A stretch of DNA of 63,699 bases, the filler included, from Octopus bimaculoides (taxonomy: Eukaryota), in the NCBI RefSeq assembly GCF_001194135.2. It is 5 parts of 4 records of this genome, joined end to end, with 100 filler letters (N's around TTAATTAATTAA, not from the genome) between each part and the next. Parts side by side here need not be neighbours in the genome. Positions count along the whole stretch, not along the records: positions 62,535 to 63,699 come from NC_068986.1; 4 more parts are not named here. One strand, 5' to 3'. Under the pieces are notes generated by a model, which was given only the letters and a program-made list of their open reading frames with translations, searched no databases and was not told where the DNA came from. Positions 63,662 to 63,699 of the stretch are shown in pieces. A program made the position numbers and the translations under genes. The first letter of the stretch is position 1. Each line of letters opens with the position of its first letter.

Positions 63662-63699
<38 letters not shown>

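Noticed and set aside
1-63699. CRISPR arrays, rRNA, prokaryotic operons
   Set aside because: None seen. Tandem repeats lack unique spacers and the content is animal repetitive DNA.

Overview
AT-rich, gappy eukaryotic scaffold. The repeat families resemble those I recall from Octopus, probably O. bimaculoides; this is inference, not a database result. No intact host gene can be supported, only weak candidate exons and a CpG-rich divergent-promoter-like block at ~33.4-34.0 kb. Most of the window is microsatellites, SINEs, decayed LINEs (RTE, CR1-like, R4/Dong-like, HERO/NeSL-like), Penelope-like elements with hammerhead motifs, Tc1/mariner/pogo relics and Helitron ends. The standout is 983-7815: four diverged, same-strand, head-to-tail units. 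Each encodes only a decayed Tx1/L1-type ORF1 (gag-like, single CCHC knuckle) and no reverse transcriptase. Three are followed by a 3' hairpin with compensatory changes and a conserved AGUGGGG loop; in two this loop can pair with a downstream CCCCACU just before AATAAA. One unit is bounded by a 14-bp direct repeat. This resembles a HeT-A/HAL1-like gag-only retroelement family that builds tandem arrays. A second highlight is a 203-bp hammerhead-bearing, self-complementary insert with a 12-bp direct repeat (56709-56911), a retrozyme candidate. Element boundaries were read by eye and are approximate unless a motif is quoted.
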